A model generated the notes under the pieces. That model had not been told where the DNA came from. It was given only the letters and a program-made list of their open reading frames with translations, and did no database searches. Positions 12,823-25,652 of a DNA stretch of 64,000 nt are shown in pieces. Positions within the stretch are counted from its first letter, which is position 1, and each line of letters begins with the position of its first letter. The position numbers and the translations under genes were made by a program. Source of the DNA: Lama guanicoe (Eukaryota); assembly GCA_013239625.1 (NCBI GenBank), contig MU054541.1:16776567-16840566 (forward strand), in the 5' to 3' direction.

Positions 12823-15479
12823 CCTCATGGATCTGGGGAGACCTCGCGTCTCGGTTCCATGACGCTAGGAAACAGGAAAGTGGCAGCCAGCTGAAGTTCC
12901 ACTGAAGTTCCAGGCGTGACTAACGATGAGTCTTTGTCTCTCTTTAAAAAAAACCTTTTTTGAACTTACGCAAACCCGTCTACCCTTTACCTATGTTCTC
13001 TCTAAGAGGAGGGGTCATTAAAGATTGAGGTCTCGAGAATAAATTAAATGTTGTGACATTAGCTTTAACTTAAAACAGTGCAAAAACTTGGGAGTTTTCT
13101 GATGACTTTTGAGGACAGACACAGCAGTGAGGTGTTCTGAAGAGGGGGTGCAGCACGCGTCTGTAGGGGTGTCTTTGTCTGCTGCTGCGTGATAGGCCTT
13201 TACCTCGTGGTCAGGGTTCCTCTGGTATTCCCCACCTGCTCTGAGCGGGGTCCTCCCAGGAGGCGCCGTGTGCACAGATGGAGGCCCTCAGGGAGGCGGC
13301 GGGCCGCTGGATCTGAGGACGCACTCTCCCAGGTGGTAGAGGAGGAAAGTCTACCTCGGATCCTGGGGCTGAGGGGCTTTGCCAAAAGGAGGATGAGAAA
13401 ATGTATTCTGAATTAAGACGACCTAGAACACACGATTGTCGGCAACCTGATTGTAAATTACAGCCGCCCTGTGTTTAGGAAGAGCAAGCACCATCCTGGT
13501 GTTAAATTGCAGGAAGAGCTGGGCCACCAGCGTCTGGCCGGGGGCACAGAGAACATGACCGTGGAGGGGCCGCTGGTGGGGGGCGGGGCTGGTGGCGGCA
13601 GGTTGCTTCCTTGTGTCACTGCTTTTCCCTGGTGTCAGTCCCAGCTCCGCGGCTTGCTGACTGTGACCTGGGAGAGCCTTCGCTGCCCTCAGCGTGGTTT
13701 TCCCTGCTGTGAAGCGTCTGTGGTGGTGGTTTCTGATGCACAGACCTGTGCTGGTGCTGGGAGGACCGCGTGCGGGGGGAGACCTGGGCCAGGGCTGGCC
13801 TCCCGCACACGCTCTCGCTGGGACCGCCTGTCGCTGTGTTTGCTCCTGAGCTCAGTGGAGCCTCCTTCACCTGAACGTGCAGCCTGACCCCGCGTCCCCA
13901 CTCCTGGCTTCTTCCCCTGCACGCCTCTGACCACCGTGAGACTCGTCTGCATCGCACCCCTTCAGACGGGCCGTCAGGATGAGGTCAGCCCCCCGCAGGC
14001 AGGGCTTTTGCTGGGTCCCCGCACCGCCTCCCTGGTGCCTCCGGCAGGGCCAGGGCCGTGTGAGTCGCTCTCTCAATGTTTACCGGAATACTTAAAGATG
14101 ACCAAATGCTACTTTTGCAAATGTTGTGACTGTATCTGCAGGAAAAAGTGAAAGAAAAGTCAGATGCGAGGAGCTTCCATGTCAGGGAGGCACGACGACT
14201 TTCGATGAGCTTTAAGCTCTGAGTGTATTTGAAATGTATGTCTATAAATAGAAAAGAGTGAGAAATCGTTGAAAAAGGGTTTTAAAAATTCCTTTCCCAC
14301 ATTTAGTCTCAGTCTCCTTTTCCCTTGACACAAATAAGGGAAAACGAATGGGCTATCTTCTTACATCTTCATACTGATGTTCTCTGGTGATTTCTCAAGT
14401 CCCTTTTCTGCCTCTTAACTTCCGAGCAGCAGTTAAGCCCCTCGCACAGCTGGGTCTGGCTTGTGCATGCAGACGCACGGGGCACTGGAGCCACTCGCCA
14501 CGCGGGGCGGGCGCTGTCCCCAGCAGCACGACCGTTTCTGGCGTGCCTGCTGGTTGCGGCGCTTTGCGCGTGGAGCCGAGAGCGGTGCTTGGTCTCCTCC
14601 GGAAGGTGCGGCGAGTTGCTTCTCTGCTCGTTCTCCATAGCTCTTACCTGCCGTCGCCACCCAAATTCAGTGTCGAGCTGAGCATTTTTGAGCAGTGTTT
14701 TGGAGATTATCCTGAAAGATAAATTGCTGTTACCAAATATCCCTGACAGCTCCCCAGATCATTAAACTAACAGCAGTGAACGGAGAGACAACTAAAACTA
14801 ATGGCCAGATTAAGGGTTCCTGACAGGAGGTTATAATCGTTGTGATTTGCAGGGTCTCTGGAGACCCCCTTCACCCCCATCTCGCTTTCACCTAGAAGTT
14901 TCCATTTGTGTGAGCTTGTCCTTTGTGTAGAAGTTGAGATAAGCTGTTCGCAAACTTCCGTGGTTGTGCAGCCCCTCGTGCTGACCGACTCAGGGCAGCT
15001 TTCCTCGTTATTTGATTCTTCATACATTTCCTGCTCCCTTGAAGGTAGTGGAAGATTAGGCTTCCTGGGGGGAACTGGGAGTCTAAACCAAATTGCCGAC
15101 GCTTCTCAGAAATGCCAGTTCTGAGTCACTGAGGGCGGTCAGGCTAGACGTGTCCCCACCCGGCGTCGGCCGGTCCGGGCTGCGCTCCCGCCCTCCTGGC
15201 GGTTTAACGTCCAGAGCAGCCCTGGTGTCTCCGGGAGGCAGCGTAGGCAGCGACAGCTCGTCCCGCTTCGGAGCACTCCCAGGGAAGGTCATGCTCTCAG
15301 ACGTGTCTAAGAACACAAAGAACATCATTCGCAGATTGCCCGTGATTTAAGCCCTTGTCTTACTGCAGTAAATCTCAAAGGAAAGTGATGTTCTTTTGCG
15401 TAACAGAAACGCTGAACCTGAAATTACTGGTGCTCACATGTTTTCTAGGTTGTCGAATTTTCAAACTGTCGTAAATATG

Positions 15480-15950
15480 CCCGAGCTGGGTGCGCGGTGT
15501 GTCGTGGGGAGCGAAGTGCGCGTACTCAGCGTGGAGGGGCGCCAGGGCCGGACGCCCGCCGCACTCGGGACTTGCCCGCTCTGTCCAAGCGGCTCTCGGC
15601 CCCGCAGACCGCTGCCACTGCCCGCCCTCGAAGGCCTGGTCTGGTGGTCCAGCTCGGTCTCCCCCCTCTTTCCACGGAACCTCTGTTACGCTCCTGACTC
15701 TGTGCTGGGTGATGAGGGTCGAGGGAAGACCTACGTGCGCGGAAAGCGCACCCATTCCTGCCGCCTGTTCTTGCGTGATGTTCAGGTGTGCTTCCTAAAG
15801 CCTGTGCCTTGCTTCTGTCTTCACAGCTTGGGTTTTGCTGACTGCTTTATTTCCAGAATTTTGAGTCTTTTCCAACTCTGTTCTTACTTCATTTTGCCTG
15901 TTTTTCAAAATTATTTCTCGTTTTTAGCTGAGTTTTTCTTGGTCCCCTAG
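15480..15950 (-). mobile_element. Possible ancient L1 ORF1-region relic
   Basis: T-rich 3' part (ctttatttccagaattttgagtcttttcc) resembles reverse old L1 ORF1. The 5' part is GC-rich and hard to assign. Confidence 0.35.
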
Positions 15951-17290
15951 AGGTGTAACGTCAGGGTTACAGAGATGTTGAAGAGAAACGTTTACTGTCG
16001 GTTCAGGTGCAGTGTTAGCTCCATCTCCTCTGGAGTAAATTCTTCCGTGGGGTGTAGATCTTACTGGTTCTGTCTTTAACATTAATATTCTTTTTTAAAA
16101 ATTTGGTTCACGGGCCCATATTAAATAGGAGCCCCCCCTCGCTTTCTGCCTTATCCCTTCTTGTTGAGCTTCGTACTGGCCGCCACCAGCCTCTAGAACG
16201 TTCTAGTTCGGAACCACGTTGTGGCTTAGCGTCTCCAGGGAGCCCTGACACTGGGCAGCAGGCTGTCTGGTCTGGCGTCTTGGGGCAGATCCTCACGTGA
16301 AGCTGTCAGCTGCCGTGGGCCCCTTGTTGTGGACAACTCGGCTTTATGTTGAAACAGACAAAAAGGCACAGTTCCAGGCTGGCCGAAGCAGCTTTTTTGT
16401 CTTCCTTTCATGGGCTGCATAATTGTGCCCCAGTCCTTGGTTTGAAACTGCAAGTGTGGCCTGAGCCCTCTCCTCGCCAGGCGCCGTTAGCCTGTTCACC
16501 TGTCGCTCCCGAGAGCTGAACGCCCCCGGCCTGAGCGGAGGCTTGACCTCCAGCAGGGCTGTGGCTGGGCCTCGACGCCTGCTCTGTCTCAGTGGCTCCT
16601 GTTTGGAGTTAAGGCCGCACAACTATGTGTTTTTAATTTTCTTCTTTAAATGTCGTCAGTGCTGTGCTCAGAGTGGCACAGACAGGGGCTGTGGCCTTAC
16701 AATGGCAGGTGACAGGCCTCGGTGTTGTGTCTCGAGGGCAGGAGTAAATCGTTGTTTTGAGTTATTTAGGCTAAGGTGTTGGCGTCCGCCTGAAAGCTGT
16801 GGGAGCCGTTACACTTTTAGAAGGATGTGTCATGATTAGATTTTACGTTTTAGGACAGTAATTCGGTACCTGGTGGATGGATTTTCGGAAGGCCAGGGAG
16901 GAGGTTGGCAGCTGTGTGGAGGGTCCATATGAAGGGTCGCGAGGGGCCCAGGCGCGAAGTGGCTGGGTTCCTGCAGGCGCTAGCTGGGGTTGCCAGGGGG
17001 TTACAGGCCGCCCAGCGCCGCCCAGTGTCCTTCACCTTCCAGGCCAGCCTTGCTTCCGGACTGCTCCTTGGGTCCCGCAGCTACTGGCTGCGCGTCTGCC
17101 TGCTCCCTTGCTTCTCCTGGTCTGGGCTGGGTGCTGCCGCGAGGCGCAGGCGCCGTGCGGTCACGTGGGAGTGACGGCGGAGGGCTGTGTCCCGAGGGGG
17201 CCGCGGGCTGCCGCTAGTGACAGGGTGAGGGCTGGAGCCCGCGTTCCGTCTGCTGTGACCGGTGACTGCGTGTCAGCCCGTCCCGTCTCT

Positions 17291-17330
17291 CCTGCCTGCC
17301 TGCCTGCCTGCCCGCCTGCCCGTCCGTCCC
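17291..17330. repeat. (CCTG)n microsatellite decaying into CCCG/TCCG units
   Basis: cctgcctgcctgcctgcctgcccgcctgcccgtccgtcc. Confidence 0.85.
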
Positions 17331-18039
17331 AGCGGCATCTTCCTCACCTGGGCAGGTCACTCTCATAACAGGCGCATGTTTCTCTGTTTCACAGAACTCG
17401 CAGGTTCTCTGTCTTCTTTTCCTGTTTTCCTCTTTACTCCGAAATCAGCCTCCTCCTGGTTTCATGTGTCTGTTCGCCTGACCTGCTGTAGGTGCAGCCG
17501 TCACCCCCCCGCCACCCCGTCCTCAGGGCCTCAGTGTCCCCACTTTCTCACGTCCGCTCAGGCCTCAAGGGAACAGAAACTGACCTACGGAGCAGCAAGC
17601 CACAAATTGGACAGCATTCAAAAAAAAAATAAGACATATATCCTGTCCAGTGAGACCTTTGTTTTCCTGTAAAATCTGAGTTTTGTGCTGCACAGCACTT
17701 TTGATGTGGAAAAAACCATGAAAACACAGCATTTTCTCCACATTTTTTGTTATAGAAAGATGCTATTTTAAAAATGCTGTCTAATACCACTGAACAAACA
17801 CTGAAAGCGTTAGTAACAGTAGCACTGTGATTGGCTTCTTGGAGATGCTGCGACACATGCTGAATTGCCTTAATCTCATGCTCACATCGGGTTTTTGCAT
17901 CATTTTGCTGTTGTGAAAATGATTTCTCTTTGGAACTAACACATGGAACTTAGAAATAGGCGTCCAGAGAGGAAGGAGCAATTTTGAAATCACGGTCTTT
18001 CCCAAGGATGCCTGCTGTATTTGGTGATACTGAAATGCG

Positions 18040-18161
18040 TTGCTTGTTCATTCCCTCGGGAACTACGCCTGCCTTCCCCGTGGTGTGCTGGGCACAGGGC
18101 TCAGTGCTCAGTGGAGACCGCGACGGTGGTTAGTCCCTGACCCGAAAATTCACGGTTTCTT
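18040..18161 (-). mobile_element. L2 3'-end relic, host of the adjacent L1 insertion
   Basis: ttgttcattccc...gtgctgggcacagggctcagtgctc...gtccctgacc follows the reverse L2 3' end pattern. Confidence 0.45.
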
Positions 18162-18384
18162 GATTTGCACACGTTAACCACTATATATGAAAATAGATAA
18201 AAAGCCAGATTTCTTCTGTACGGCACAGGGAACTATATTAAATATCTTGTAATAACTTTTCATGAAAAAGAATATGAAAGCCAGTAGATGAACGTATATG
18301 CGTGACTGGGACATTGTGCTGCACACCAGAAACTGACACGTTGTAACTGACTGTACTTCAATTAAAAAAATTTTTTAATAAAAT
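18162..18384 (+). mobile_element. 5'-truncated camelid/artiodactyl-type L1 3' UTR with 17-bp TSD
   Basis: L1 3' end (gcacagggaactatatt...tgtaactgactgtacttcaattaaaaaaa) plus A-rich tail. TSD aaaattcacggtttctt (18145-18161) / aaaattcatggtttctt (18385-18401). Confidence 0.92.
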
Positions 18385-20551
18385 AAAATTCATGGTTTCT
18401 TTTATGCAAAATCTGCTTCTCAAGAGAATGAGTTGCCCCAAAGGGAGCGTATTAAGCAGATTGTTTTCAGGTGGGGCTCCCTTCTGTCTTGTTAATTGAG
18501 TGCTCCATGGACCTCGGGGAAGGGCGTGCCTCGTTCGGGCCTCCTGGACTCCCCATGAGCTGCTTGTGAGCGCTCTGTTGCATCCTTTATCCCTGCACAA
18601 AGCCTTAGCCGTCGCAGCCGCTTCCTGGCTGGGGGCTCACGAACCGGAGAGCGCGAACGTTCTCTTAACTCTCTCCCCACGTGACAGCTGCTCTGTTTCC
18701 TTGAGCGTTGTCCCTGTGCTCCGGACACCGTGAGTTCCAGACGCTGTCCTGACGGCACGTTACCTCCGCTGTGCAGGAACGCGGGGCACTGCTTGCTCGT
18801 TTGCTCTGCTCTGTGGGGAGACTCCACGTTTTCTTGGTCCTTCAGCATCAGACCAAAGCCTGGCGTCTCAGGAAGTCCTCTGAGGCTGTGGGTCCATCGT
18901 GCGTTTTTTTCCTCTCCTGTCTCACGTGCATTATCTCCAATGGTCTGGTCTGAAGTGTTTTGCCATTTTCCAAGCCTTTCAGGCGGCTCCATGTGATCTG
19001 CAAGTTATTGTTTCTAATTGATTTTTCACTGTTCTGGAAAAACAATGAAAGTTTGGAGGTTTTTCATCCGGTACCTCCTCTCCCAGATTGTTTTGAGTGA
19101 GGACAGCCCCTAGACTCGCCGGGGACGGGATCCGCTTCTGTGTCTTTGTTCCTGGCTGCAGCGCTCTGTCTGTGCGTCCCGGGGTGGGGTGCTGGGCAGG
19201 GAGCCCGGAGCCCGCTGCTGGCGTGTAAGGGGTGGGGTTTCCTCCCACCAGCAGAGCTGCTGTGATCACTTTGTAAATGCACGTGTCGAGGCCTCTGAGT
19301 GTCTGGGTGACCCCACCCGTGTTTCCCCCTCACTCCTACCTGCATGCCTGTTTGTCCCTTAGAGTTTTGACCCCTAGCTGCCCATGGAGCCCGCCCTTTA
19401 CCGTTCACTTGCTAGATTTTTCTCTGAAAGTTACACCCCTCCCTTGAGTCCCCTCCAGTGCGGCTGCCGCTTGCTTCTTACGAGCCTGCTGGCGTCTTCA
19501 TCACTCAGGACTTCCCGCCCCTCAGGCTCAGCGCTTTGTCTGCCTCCCAGTTCTCCGAGGTCTAGGAAGCTCGCTGTCCCCCCCACGTCAGGTGGCAGTT
19601 CGGGGCGGGACTGCCCTTGTCCTCACAGCGAGCAGAGCGGAAAGCCCCCACTTTTTAAAAATGATTCCGGGTCATTGAAAGCCCCCCCTTCTGCCCCCCC
19701 TCCCACCGCTGGGCTTCGCCGGCTCCCCGCGCAGCCCATGTCCGCCGGGAGCGCCTGGCTCTTCCTCCAGCATCTCCGCTTCGATGCCGTCAGCAGAACG
19801 CCCAGCTTTCTTGTGACGTGTCACTTACTTCAACGAGCGTTTTGCACGTTTCCCCCAGAGGACTAGGTATTTTTTCCGTATTAGTCCTTCTAAAATCGAT
19901 ACACTAGATGCTGTTTTTGGAAGAAAAAGTAGGTCAGGAGATGGGGGGCGAAGGCCAGAAGACAGTTTGTTGCCCACGTGACACGCGGGGCCATAGTCAG
20001 TCTCGCGTAGTGGCTCACAGCTGCTGGGCCACGGGTCCCCTGGGCCACAGCCTCCTGCGCCGAGCTGTTTCCCGCCGGAAGCTTTAGCTCCCCGTGCGGG
20101 GTGACGCACCCTCCCGCGTGGCGGGCCGAGCCCCGCGTTACACGCCAGCGGCCTGTGGCGGCTTCTTGGACGCACCCAGCCGTTTCAGTGAGTTCTCGCG
20201 TTTTTGTTCTGATGGTCTGTTAACTGAAGGGCGACTGGCTGTTCGGCTGTGAAGTGGGCTCCATTCCCACTTCCAGGGGGCGGCCCTTCCGGGGGGAGCA
20301 CAGGGGATACTTTACGGTAACCGGGGAGACTGGGGTGCTCGCTGCGCCCGGTCCTCGGAGCTGCAGCTGAAGCAACTGGTCATGGTTTTGTCTGCGCAGA
20401 GGGCTCCCCGTGTTTCCCCCACCCGAGTGTAACCGGCAACTGAAATTAAATCTCGTAGTCGTGTCTGCATTACTTCAGCGAAGAGTTTGAACCCTTGATC
20501 AATACCTGAAGGCTCCCGGTTAAGCACCCAATTTAAATAACCCCCTACTCT

Positions 20552-20627
20552 GTCCTGTGACCTCATGCTCGTCCTGTGACCTCACGCTCGTCCTGTGACC
20601 TCACGCTCGTCCTGTGTCCTCACGCTC
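20552..20627. repeat. 19-bp tandem repeat x4 (gtcctgtgacctcacgctc)
   Basis: Four contiguous copies starting at 20552, 20571, 20590 and 20609, each with at most one substitution. Confidence 0.95.
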
Positions 20628-22689
20628 GCCCACGGAGCCCTCAGGACTCTTAGGTCCTCCTGTGTGCGTGGCCAGAATAACCCACACATCTGCAGAGCTC
20701 AGAGCTGGTGTGGCCGTTCACCTTGACTGTGCGTGCAGCTCCGGTGTCACAGCGATGCCTCCATGGCTTGGGGGCTCCTAATGGTTAGGCACTGACGTCA
20801 GGAATGTCGTGACTGATTCAGGCCCTCGAGGGATCGCAGATGGGACAGGTGGGACAGGACACCTTGAGGTGGCATGTGCGTCGGAGCCGGCTGTGCCGCA
20901 GGGAGCTTGGAGCTTGTGAGTGTGGCCGCTCAGGGACCGAGAGGGCCTCGGGCTCGTCTTCCTCAGGCGTGCCCTAAAATCCTGAAACCGGCAGGCCTCC
21001 CGGTGGGGCCTCCCCTCCCCTTCTGAGGCCGGGCACTGAGTCTCAGCACTGAGGGTTACAGGGGCAGCGGCTGGATCCCTGGGTTACGGTTGCAGTGTAA
21101 AAGCCTGGCCTGTGACATCATCATGTGACTTGGCACCGGGTAGACAACCCTGGGGTGGCGCTGGTATCAGAGCCGTGATGGGCAGAGCCGTCCTGTGTGG
21201 CCAGGCGGCCGCCCCCGCAGCCTTAGACAGACAGCCATCCTCTCAGGGAGAAGGCCCGCCTGGTGCTCCCACGGCTGAGGGGCGGTGCCTACCCTCAAAA
21301 TGGAAGGAAATCCCAAATTTCAGGTAGAAGTTAGTGAAAATGAAGACGCATGTGTTTCTCCTCCCAATCCGCATGCCCCCGGGTTCTGTCTGTGGGCCCA
21401 GAGGACCTCGGGTCGACACCCAGCGTGACCGGCTTCAGTAGGTAGGCTTCCCTGCTGTTTCTGCTTGTCCACGAGGAGTCTAGAAAACTGGGGATTTACC
21501 TCCGGGGCCGTTTTCCCATATAAAAATCATGGCAGGTTTTTCTTTGTTTTTCACCAGCTGCTAAACCTCTGTAAAATGGGCAGGAAAAAGATGGCTCATT
21601 TGTGACAACTGGAGCCACACAGTATTTTTAAATTAAGATTTTTCTACAAAACCAGGGGACTTAGTGTCATTGTCACCTTTGTTTTGCGTTCTAGCCTGCC
21701 TTCACTGGGAAAGCAAGAATAGTTTTAAGGAACTGGACCAGAGATTCCTGGGGGATACAGCAAGTGGCAAAGCATTGTGACCAAAGAGCTATCACTGAAA
21801 TGGGGGAAACCCGGCTGTTTGGAGAAGGAGATTGTCAAACTGCAGGAGTGTCCTTGAGCCCCCGGCCTGCCTTCCTCCCCGAGTCCGTGAGAGGAGGAGC
21901 GAGCAGGTCTCAGTGCAGACTTGTGCTCTTAAAGAGTGCAAACCCTTCAGAAAACCCTGAGACCCGAGCACGCTTTATCTTCTCGAGGCTGACTAGTAAA
22001 CGTTTCAGTTTGCCCTTGAGGATAAACAGTAAGCTGGGGAAGAAGTCGTTGTCTGTCCAGCAGCTCTTTTCGTGTCCTGTGTGCTGAGCAGGAGGGCTGA
22101 GACGGGAGAGCCTGGCTGGTGTGGGCGGTGGGCGGATGGACAGAGGCAGTGGCTTCGTCAGTTGTTAGCGAGCTTGGGTGGTTATCTTGTCCAAACACGA
22201 TGAAAGTTCTGATTTCCGATGGGAGTCGTTAGTCGAATATTTCAGAAAACTTAATGGAAACTCCATATTAATTTACGCTGAGCAAACAAAGGCTGTCCAA
22301 GATGTCACATTTGTTTAGTCTGGCTAGAATTCATCACTCCGGTGGACGAATAACCTTCTGATTGTTAGCTGTTTCAAAGTATAATTATAAATGTTTTTGA
22401 ACAAAAGTATAATTGCAGGAAAATAAGGAAAAATCATATAAAATTGGCTTTTGAATGTGAGGAATAAAAGGCTCTTGGCTGGAAGCAAAGGGAGCTGAGA
22501 GGGGGGCCCTGGCGGGAGGCCCTCCCTCTGCGCTGGGACCTGCCGGCCCCGTGCCTGTGGAGCAGAGCGCAGCCTGGCGTCAGGCCCCCTGAAGGGCCGC
22601 TGCTGATGTGTGCAAGGTTAACTCTCCCGGGGTCTTTCCTCGTCTCCTTCGGGACCGCAGCCTCGCTGTTTCCCAGACGTGGCCACGTC

Positions 22690-22975
22690 TCCACGTGCTC
22701 ACGTCTGACACCTCCTCCGGGGCCCTTCTCTGATCTGTCCTTGTCATCTCTCCCTCTTCTGGGCTTCTGTCCCCCTCACCACCCCCCACAACAGCCTCGT
22801 AACCATCCCAGCCACGTCTCCCTCACCCCTGCTGCGTCCGCCTGTCTCCACGCCTCTGCTCTGTGTCCGTCAGGCCAGCGAGGAGAACACGGCTGTTCCC
22901 TTCGCCTTTGCCCGTCCTGTGGTCAGGACACGGTGCCCTGCTGCTCTGCTCAGCGTAGGGTCCTTAAACAGAGAT
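22690..22975 (+). mobile_element. L2 3'-end relic
   Basis: acctcctccggggcccttctctgatc...caggacacggtgccctg...gtagggtccttaaaca follows the L2 terminal pattern. Confidence 0.45.
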
Positions 22976-24309
22976 GCGTCCTCTGGGCTGCAGCCCCTCT
23001 GGAGCACCGCCTGCCTCGCTCTTCCCGTCCCAGCTGCTAGGTCCCCGGCGGCTGGGCTGGGCTCCTGCGACCCAGGGAGCCTGATTCATGATGGAGAGGG
23101 ATGCTTTCCTGTTGCTGTCCTTGATTAATAACTTTCCCTTGCAGATGGAAAGTCCTGCAGGGCAGTAAACGGGACGGCTGCCTGTGTGGTCCCAGGCACT
23201 CCCAGCTCCCGCAGCCGAAGCCGCCTCCTGCTCTGAGAAGTCAGACATGCAGGGCAGTGCTGGTCTCCACGTGTCTTTCCCACATGGAGTTCTTTTGCGC
23301 CAACAATCGGCTCTTTTTCTGAGGTGACATTTGTATTCAGGAGACTTTGGTTCCTTCACTGAGATTTTAAAAATCAGATTTGCTTCATCTGTAAAGTTTG
23401 CTGCATTCTTCAGGCCACTGAGAAGTTACCTGCTCAGACTTCACACCTCATGCCGTCTCCTTCCTCCAGGCACTGTTCTTAGCGCCTTCTGTGGTGGGCA
23501 CTCGCTCGGCGGTGGGAGCATGAAAAAGCCAGAACGCAAAGCTCTCGTCCTCGGGAGCTTCTGGGCCCTGAACAGTTGAAGAGCGTCCCCGGTGGCCCCT
23601 GCGCTGGACGGCGGAATGCCGTTATTTGCTCTGTTAGCTGGGAGCCCGGCACGGAGGGCCCAGGCCTGCCGTGGCAGGTGTGGTTCAGTGAGAGCGCTCC
23701 CAGAGCTCGGGCTCTGCGCCCCGGCCTGCAGGAGGCGTGGACTTGCAGCGCAGGCTTCGGTGCCCGGACCCGGGCTCCTCCAGGGCCCAGTCCTGATTGT
23801 TGTTTCAGATGAGGCTGTGCTCTCCCCCTCGTGTAAATCAGGATAATTCTGGGCGTGTGTGTTTGTGTCTTTGAGTGTTGGTAAGTGCGGTCTGCTTTGT
23901 ATCTGAACTTACGTTTACTGGTTCTTTTGACTTCGACTGCTCTGGCTCTCAGGCTCTGTGACGCCCCGCCCCGTGGGTGCCTGTCCCACGGCAGGCTGCC
24001 TGGGTTCTAGGCGACCTACCCTCCCACACCTGCTCCATAATTACGGTCGAAGGGGGTCCTCCTTTACCCTGAGTTCTGCAGCTTATGTAACGGTGTAACT
24101 GGTAGAGCTTTGTCACGGTTGTGCTGCAGCTTTGAAATTTACACAGCGTTTTATCTGCCCTCCTTCTTAGGGCTTCACCTGTTTCAGCACTTTAACTCAT
24201 CAGCCTCTTCTGTCATTCCGATAGCCCGTTTTCTCTGTTCCTTTTTGTGGTTTTATCTTGAGATTTGCATGTTTGACGTTAAACCCCACAGTAGTTCCCG
24301 TGCTGTCTT

Positions 24310-24950
24310 CATTCACCCGAAAAGCGCCATGACAGACACTTGGGGCTGGGGGCGGCTGCAGAGAACGAGACAGAAGCCCTGCCCTCCTGGGCTCCCCGTC
24401 AGAGGGGGAGACAGGTGATGCGTGGGCCGTCAGATAAAGTAAGACGCCGAGTGGAGAAGACTGAGCAGCGTGGAGGCCCGGGCTTTGTGGGTGGAGGTCA
24501 GGCGTGTGAGGGAGACAGCTGAGCAGAGTTGGGAGGAGGAAGGTAGGCACGGGGTGGGGGAGACACGGGCCTGAGGCCTGAGGCAGGGGTGGCGCCGGGT
24601 CAGCACATGGGGTGGGGGAGGCCAGGGGTCGTGGGGGCCGTGGGAGGAAGGCAGCAGTCCGTCCTGGGAAAGGAGGCGGGACGGGGAGGTGCTGAGACCG
24701 GGTCAGTGAGGAGGGGGTGTCAGCGTGCGTCCGGGCCTTGGTCCGAGCAGCAGGTGGAGAGGTGCTGTTTTGGGGTGGCGGGGGGACAAGGGAGGAGAGC
24801 TCAGGTGGCGGCATCGAGGATCCCGTCTGCAGTCGGGTCAGTGTGCAGTGATGGCCCGCAGCTCAGGGAGACGGCAGAAACATGAGGTGCTGCTCAGGCT
24901 GAGGGGGCCTCAGGCCGTGTGCACAGAGGCGCGGTTCCAGCCCTGGACTC
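24310..24950 (-). mobile_element. L2 relic, strongly G-enriched
   Basis: cattcacc...gcagagaacgagacagaagccctgccctcctgggctcccc...gggggagacag is the classic reverse L2 3' region. Confidence 0.55.
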
Positions 24951-24974
24951 GGCTGAGGCAGTGGGATGTCCATG

Positions 24975-25491
24975 TGCAGACAGTTTGGACCTCTAACCCA
25001 AATCATATGTAAGAATGAACTAGAACTGCACTGTAGACCTAAATGTGAGAAATAAAAGTATACAGCGCTTAGAATAAAATGTAGGGTAAACCTCATGCTC
25101 TCGGGTGAAGCAGAACATTCTGAGATACGACTGCACAAGCACAGGCTATGGAAGAGAACTGAGGTGAGTCGAGCTTCTGTGCTTCGTAGGACGCCTTGAT
25201 CTCACACGTGTTCCAGGCCCGGAGCATCTCAGTAAAACTGGGAGGAAGAAGTGAAAAGACATCCCTCGTCAGGGGAGAAAGTTGCAGGTCAGACATCTGA
25301 CAGGAGACTTCAGCTAGAGTACATGCAGAACTTTCACAGCTCAGTAGTGGAAGGACAAATAACCAGCTTAGACACGTGCAGAGGGTCTGCACAGACGTCT
25401 CTCCGAGCAGACGCACAGATGGCCGACGAGCACGTGAAAGGAAGCCGAGAGCGCTGGCCGTCAGGGGAGCACAAGCCAAGGCCACAGTGAG
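24975..25491 (+). mobile_element. Old L1 (L1MB-like) ORF2 3' region, left part of the outermost nested element
   Basis: gtagacctaaatgtgagaaataaaagtatacagcgcttagaataaaatgtagggtaaacctcatg...gatggccgacgagcacgtgaaagg...ccacagtgag matches L1 ORF2 C-terminal DNA. Resumes collinearly at 27903. Confidence 0.8.
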
Positions 25492-25652
25492 GAGCCTGCT
25501 TAAGCCACAGAGAGACTCGTGCGAAGCCGCCAGCTCCAGATCGCCAGAGCGTCCTGAGGAAGGAGGAGGAGGCGTCACCCTGTCTGATTTCAAACTCATG
25601 TAAAAGCTACGGTCATCAGAACAGTGTGGTGTTGGCCTAAAGCCAGACAGAT
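25492..25652 (+). mobile_element. L1MA9-like L1, 5'-truncated, left part of the middle nested element
   Basis: ggaggcgtcaccctgtctgatttcaaact...aaagctacggtcatcagaacagtgtggtgttggcctaaa is L1 ORF2 sequence that resumes at 26463. Confidence 0.8.

Noticed and set aside
20552-20627. Regular direct repeats resembling a CRISPR array
   Set aside because: The units are contiguous with no unique spacers, there are no cas genes, and the context is a mammalian intron.
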